IMG/VR virus record: IMGVR_UViG_3300005805_000356
Span: 1 to 28,139 of that record
Strand: one strand, 5' to 3'
Length of the DNA stretch: 28,139 nucleotides
DNA from: a virus
Lineage: Duplodnaviria > Caudoviricetes
The position numbers and the translations under genes were made by a program. Below the pieces are notes generated by a model, which searched no databases, had not been told where the DNA came from, and worked only from the letters and a program-made list of their open reading frames with translations. This document shows positions 23,701 through 28,139 of this stretch, one piece after another; position 1 is the first letter of the stretch; every line of letters begins with the position of its first letter.

Positions 23701-23729
23701 AACCTAGCAAGTCGCTATCGGCTTGTCAA
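23701..23729 (-). promoter_or_regulatory. Sigma70-like promoter upstream of the capsid gene
   Basis: TTGACA (23724-29)-N17-TAGGTT (23701-06). Confidence 0.65.
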
Positions 23730-24335
23730 GCCTCCTGCATACTGTGCCATCTTTGCCCTAAGTAAATTGACCTTGGCTTGGTCGAATGCGTTTGATGTCC
23801 TTCGCTTCTTGTTGCCGTTCTCAACGCGGCCCGTAGCAAAGCCCAACTCGATAGCCTTTTCGACTTCATACCACGATTCTTGAGCCATCGCATTCTCGAT
23901 TTCGCTTTTGGACAGTTTCGCGTATTGCGAATAAATGTCGGCTAGCGATGCGTCGTAGGACTCTAACGCGTTGATAACCTTCGCCAACTCTTCCCGGTTG
24001 CCAAATGCAAAACCCATCGCCCGATGAATCATGAGTCTCGAGCCGTCAGCCATCAACCGCTTAGCACCGCCGAGAAAAATGATCGACGCCGCCGACGCTG
24101 CTAGCGAATCGTTGATCGTGGTTACTTCGCCTTTGTGGCTTCGCAGTGCGTTGTAGATCCCGATTCCCTCATCCGCTGCCCCGCCGGGTGAGTTGATGCG
24201 AACCGTCACCGCGTTGGAGCCAAAAGAACGAAGAGCATCGACAACGCCCCGCTGCGTAATCGGGTTTTCGTCCCATCCATCGCCAACAACGCCGGATAGT
24301 AGGATTTCATTTAGTTCCGCCTTGATTTCAATCAT
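23715..24335 (-). CDS. ClpP-like prohead protease
   Basis: VRINSPGG, LAASAAS (catalytic Ser), LMIH (His), AIELGFA. Confidence 0.93.
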   Translation of the reverse strand: MIEIKAELNEILLSGVVGDGWDENPITQRGVVDALRSFGSNAVTVRINSPGGAADEGIGIYNALRSHKGEVTTINDSLAASAASIIFLGGAKRLMADGSRLMIHRAMGFAFGNREELAKVINALESYDASLADIYSQYAKLSKSEIENAMAQESWYEVEKAIELGFATGRVENGNKKRRTSNAFDQAKVNLLRAKMAQYAGGLTSR

Positions 24336-25900
24336 TTTCCACCCCTTTTCAGGTCAAAAACCCTGTTTTCCCACGTTCTTACCTCGTTTTCGACCGCTTT
24401 TTTGAGCGATTCGCCCCCGTTTTCAGCCGCCAATTTCGCCAAAATTAGCGTCGATTTCTCGCAGTGAATCCTAGCCAAGTCGCGGTCTAGCCCGATTGCT
24501 TCGATCTTATCCGCCAGTTTTGCTTGCCATTTTGGGTAGTTCTTGCCTATCCAAGCGACAAATTGCCCCTTGCCGGATGCGTTAATTGCGTTGTTGCCCT
24601 CAGTTTTGATGAGGTCACGCAACATCTGCTCGACTGCCATCGCGTTTTGTGCATCTTCGGTCGCGTCTTCTGCGTCGTCCTCCGGCGTGTCCTCGACTTC
24701 ATCCACCGACTGTTCTCCAGTCGCTTCGGATATGGCCGGGTTGATAAACTCATCGCCGCCGACGTAGGGATTGAGGTCTAGTTTCGCTCGGCATTCATTC
24801 GGGTTCATGATTCGGGATGCAATCGCCTTGGAGAATGATTCCATCGTGGTTCTTAGGTCAGTGCGATACAATGCCGCCGCGTTGAATTTGAAGTAAACCT
24901 CGCCGGTCTGCTTCTCTTGGCGTGTTCGCAATTTCATATCGCACTGTTCCTCGAACTTGACTAGCCAACGGTCAAGGGCTTGCATGTACGCAAGGTTTTT
25001 TTGCTCGAGTGAGTTGTACGATGTAGACTCCCCGTCGCCCGGCATTCCTTCGAGTCCGAATAGCATGCCGATATCCTGCCGTGTGAAGCGTTGCAACTCT
25101 GCAAACTGCGCATCGTTGTTGCTCATTGAGACAGCGTTAGCCTTGACGCCTTCGCGTAGCAAGCCGGCTTTCGCGGAGTTCTCAGCACCGGATTCAATCT
25201 TGTTAAACGCTTCGATGAACTCTTTTGCGTCCTCTGCTTTTCTAAACGCTCCCGGCGGTGCTTCGAGGAAGAGTTTGCCACGAAAGCCGCGTCGAAGTTG
25301 CGTATTGGTGAACTTGGTTTGCTCTACACCCGTTGAAAACGTAATGTTCGCAATATCCAACAATCCTATGCCCTCGACGCCATCGTAAGAAAATCCTGGC
25401 AAGTGCAAAACGTCGCTATCTGGGAAAATCAAGTAGCCGTTCTTGTCAGTGTCAAACCCGTCGAATAGGTCTTTTTTCGTTTGATCTTCCGGCTGCGTAA
25501 CGTGCCACTTTTTGCCGTCGTAAATGATTGTCCAGGTATTTTCTGGCAACATCGGTATCAACTCAACCGGCCTGCCTGATTTGCGAATAATCGCCGCTCG
25601 ACCGTTTCCACGCATGAGAGCATGCGAAAGCATTTGCTCCTTAAAGGTCGTCGGAGACTGCACCCTGTTAGGCTCTTCCCTCAGCAATATGTAGCCGGGG
25701 TGCTCGATGTCATTTACGGCTCCATCACCTTCACGCCGCTTAACGTCGATAGGCAATCGCCCAAAGTCCCCGGTCAATTTATTGTGGGCATACCATGCAG
25801 GAGGTACGCCAAGGGCTTCGCGTACCGTCACCTTTCGACCGTTGCTGAACTGGTCTTCGCTTAATCCCATCCATTGCAATAGTGCGGTCATCAGTGACAT
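24332..25900 (-). CDS. Portal protein, HK97 family
   Basis: LLREEPN, RGNGRA, DVLHL, YNSLEQ and MNPNECRAKLDLNP motifs; follows TerL. Confidence 0.95.
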   Translation of the reverse strand: MSLMTALLQWMGLSEDQFSNGRKVTVREALGVPPAWYAHNKLTGDFGRLPIDVKRREGDGAVNDIEHPGYILLREEPNRVQSPTTFKEQMLSHALMRGNGRAAIIRKSGRPVELIPMLPENTWTIIYDGKKWHVTQPEDQTKKDLFDGFDTDKNGYLIFPDSDVLHLPGFSYDGVEGIGLLDIANITFSTGVEQTKFTNTQLRRGFRGKLFLEAPPGAFRKAEDAKEFIEAFNKIESGAENSAKAGLLREGVKANAVSMSNNDAQFAELQRFTRQDIGMLFGLEGMPGDGESTSYNSLEQKNLAYMQALDRWLVKFEEQCDMKLRTRQEKQTGEVYFKFNAAALYRTDLRTTMESFSKAIASRIMNPNECRAKLDLNPYVGGDEFINPAISEATGEQSVDEVEDTPEDDAEDATEDAQNAMAVEQMLRDLIKTEGNNAINASGKGQFVAWIGKNYPKWQAKLADKIEAIGLDRDLARIHCEKSTLILAKLAAENGGESLKKAVENEVRTWENRVFDLKRGGK

Positions 25901-25912
25901 GCGGTCGGCTCC

Positions 25913-27634
25913 TTATGTAACATATAAACTACCCGATGAACGCTCTTTTTGCAAACTTGCGATGCGGTACGCCATCACCGCCGCTACGATTGGATCAATC
26001 TTATCTTTGCTGTTCTTTTTGTCGAACATCCATCTGTCTTGACGGTCTTTGCAAATGATCGCATTGTTGGCGCACCACCTGAGCAGCTTCGAGTCCGAGA
26101 AGACTAGCCGCCCCTCTTGCATCAGTTGAATGAAGTCGCGGATTGCCTCGTTGAAGTTGGCTTGATTCTGCGCCATGCGTGCGGCTACGGCTCCGGTCTT
26201 CTCCAGTTTCTCGCCTAGTTGCTGTCCGTTGTACGGGTCGTACGCTACGGTCTGAATTTCGTAGGCTTCCAGCTCTTCAATTAGCGATGCGGTCAAGTCC
26301 TCGATTGGATACTCGCATTTGTAAAGCTCCTCCGTGTGGATGAACTCCGCAAACGGCATAGCGGTTAAGTCTCTCTTGGAGTCCGCCGCGATGAACGCCC
26401 GCGTCTTAATCTCGTAACGGTAAACCGTCTTTCCCTTGTCATCGACTGCGACCGGGAAGCGTGCGCAAATTGCATACGCAGCGAGGTCGTCACGGGATCC
26501 CAAGTCAACACCGGCCCCAAGTCCATCAGCCTCTCGCCAATCTGAATGCATGCCGACGCATTTATCAAACGCCGCCAAGTCAAACGCTTTTTCAGTCGAA
26601 GAGACGACGCGGTTGCCGTGATACCTCGTAAAGCGATTAACACCAAGCCCGGTTGACTTGTCTTCATTCCAACGCTGGCGTAAGTAGTCAAGTTTGATCG
26701 ATACGTTGAGGTTCGGATTCGCCTTTTTCCAATTCGCTTCTTCCGCTGGGTCGTCTTTTTCATCGAGTTCGTAAATAAGAGCGAATAGGGACTCGTCCTT
26801 GTGGATACCGCTAACTACGTTGGTAGCGTAGGTGTACTCATCTAGCCATAAGAGCGAATCATCCGCCCCGGCTGTTGTGATGATGAGATGTAGCGGCTGT
26901 GATCGTGAACCGCTGCCCGTCACCATAGTATCGTAAAACTTCCGATGATACTCGCCCCAAGCGTGCAACTCGTCCATCACAACGCAATGCGGATTGAGTC
27001 CGTCGAAGGGCTTTTCGCTCGATACTTTGCGAATGAATGACGAGTTATGCTTGTAGGTGATCGTTTCGTTTTTTATGTCCGTGTACTTCTGGAGTGGATG
27101 CGACTGATCCACCATCCGTTCGCATTCGCTGTACACAACGTCGGCTTGTTCCTTTTTGGTCGCGGTCAATAGAATCTGGCCGACCGCTTCCGGCTTTCGC
27201 GTCTTCGGATCGATGTCTGCCATCGCTAGGTAGTGGCATAGCCCAGCAATCATTGTTGACTTGCCATTCTTTCGAGCCATTGACCAATACACTTTTCGAA
27301 AGCGTCTTGAGTTGTCATCGTTCCGCTTCCATCCGAAGATATTCCACAAGCCGAATAACTGCCAATCTTCGAGAATAAGCGGATGCCCTGCGAACTCTCC
27401 GATGCTGTGACGTAGCACAAGCGGGAAGAAGTCACAAACAGCCGTAGCGTGCCGCTCGTCGAAGTGATACGGAAATTCTGGCGTGCTTTGATGCTCAACG
27501 TCGAGGCGATAACGGCGCACAGCGTCCTTCACACGGTCGCAAGCGATGATTTCGCCGCTCTCAACCGCTTCGCAATAGTCCTCGACTCTTTGCCGAACGC
27601 CCGATGCTATCAACCTGTCGCCCTCTTTAGCCAC
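25913..27634 (-). CDS. terL: Terminase large subunit
   Basis: Walker A ARKNGKS, Walker B VVMDELH, ITTAG, GVDLG, YDPY, KIDPIVA. Confidence 0.97.
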   Translation of the reverse strand: MAKEGDRLIASGVRQRVEDYCEAVESGEIIACDRVKDAVRRYRLDVEHQSTPEFPYHFDERHATAVCDFFPLVLRHSIGEFAGHPLILEDWQLFGLWNIFGWKRNDDNSRRFRKVYWSMARKNGKSTMIAGLCHYLAMADIDPKTRKPEAVGQILLTATKKEQADVVYSECERMVDQSHPLQKYTDIKNETITYKHNSSFIRKVSSEKPFDGLNPHCVVMDELHAWGEYHRKFYDTMVTGSGSRSQPLHLIITTAGADDSLLWLDEYTYATNVVSGIHKDESLFALIYELDEKDDPAEEANWKKANPNLNVSIKLDYLRQRWNEDKSTGLGVNRFTRYHGNRVVSSTEKAFDLAAFDKCVGMHSDWREADGLGAGVDLGSRDDLAAYAICARFPVAVDDKGKTVYRYEIKTRAFIAADSKRDLTAMPFAEFIHTEELYKCEYPIEDLTASLIEELEAYEIQTVAYDPYNGQQLGEKLEKTGAVAARMAQNQANFNEAIRDFIQLMQEGRLVFSDSKLLRWCANNAIICKDRQDRWMFDKKNSKDKIDPIVAAVMAYRIASLQKERSSGSLYVT

Positions 27635-28089
27635 TCTTGGAAAACATCCTCCTCTTCCGCTTGCGGTGCCCTCAATCGTGCTCTCGATGATGGAGTTAGG
27701 CCAAGCTCTGCTTCGCGTTTCATCAGTCTAGTGCAAACCTTGTCGAACGCGTTAGCTTCTGGCTTGGTTGATGCGTTGCCCTTCTCGTTAAGGTGACTCA
27801 CGTTGCCGCCCTTGATGTGCTCCCACAAGTGCAGCATCAGCGAATAGTCGATGCAGTATCCGGCAATCAAGCCTTGATCGGTCGCATGCAGCAAGTTCAT
27901 TTCGCGGAGTTGGTCGCATACCCAATACCAACGCGACTTGGCAACCGGATCCGCTTCGACGTGTTCGGGTATCCGCGGGTCGCTAAGTTTAGGTTTTGGT
28001 TCTTCGTGGTTGCGTCGCTCTGGGTGCTTGACGAAGGATCCCTCGGCAACCTTAACCGCTGTTGCTTTTGGTTTTCGGCCTTTTACCAC
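27610..28089 (-). CDS. terS: Terminase small subunit, P27 family
   Basis: GRKPK N-terminus and ELGLTPSSRARL C-terminal motif; GGAGG RBS. Confidence 0.93.
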   Translation of the reverse strand: MVKGRKPKATAVKVAEGSFVKHPERRNHEEPKPKLSDPRIPEHVEADPVAKSRWYWVCDQLREMNLLHATDQGLIAGYCIDYSLMLHLWEHIKGGNVSHLNEKGNASTKPEANAFDKVCTRLMKREAELGLTPSSRARLRAPQAEEEDVFQEWLKRATG

Positions 28090-28139
28090 GATTTCAGCCT
28101 CCTGGTTTCAAAAACGCCATTTTTGGAGAGCATTACGGA

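Noticed and set aside
53-27796. Numerous plus-strand ORFs in the track (e.g. 246..770, 22141..22728, 24957..25388)
   Set aside because: They lie antisense to well-supported minus-strand genes and show no recognisable motifs; treated as shadow ORFs.
28090-28139. cos packaging site upstream of terS
   Set aside because: Plausible by position for a P27-type terminase, but no diagnostic sequence can be confirmed in the 50 nt available.

Overview
The whole window is a tailed dsDNA phage or prophage segment, with essentially all genes on the minus strand. In transcription order it holds three blocks. (1) An HK97-type siphovirus morphogenesis operon: TerS, TerL, portal, ClpP-like protease, major capsid, decoration, connector/adaptor, tail completion, tail tube, G/GT chaperones with a -1 frameshift, a short tape measure and a minimal tail tip. 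(2) An accessory block: a 25-Cys protein, an Erv1/Alr-like sulfhydryl oxidase, a metallophosphoesterase and an HExxH peptidase. (3) An early/replication region opened by a sigma70-like promoter and a hammerhead ribozyme, with small ORFs, RecE/RecT, a phage-encoded beta clamp (dnaN), thermonuclease, an SNF2-like helicase plus DNA methyltransferase, an HNH-recombinase-domain fusion, a DUF1376-type replication initiator with iterons, and the start of a DnaB-like gene. The top candidate for a novel system is a phage-encoded disulfide-forming module (Erv oxidase next to cysteine-rich tail-tip proteins), analogous to the cytoplasmic disulfide pathway of poxviruses and other NCLDVs. The second highlight is a complete type I hammerhead ribozyme, accompanied by several other structured intergenic RNAs. 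All family calls come from motif recognition by eye; no database searches were run.
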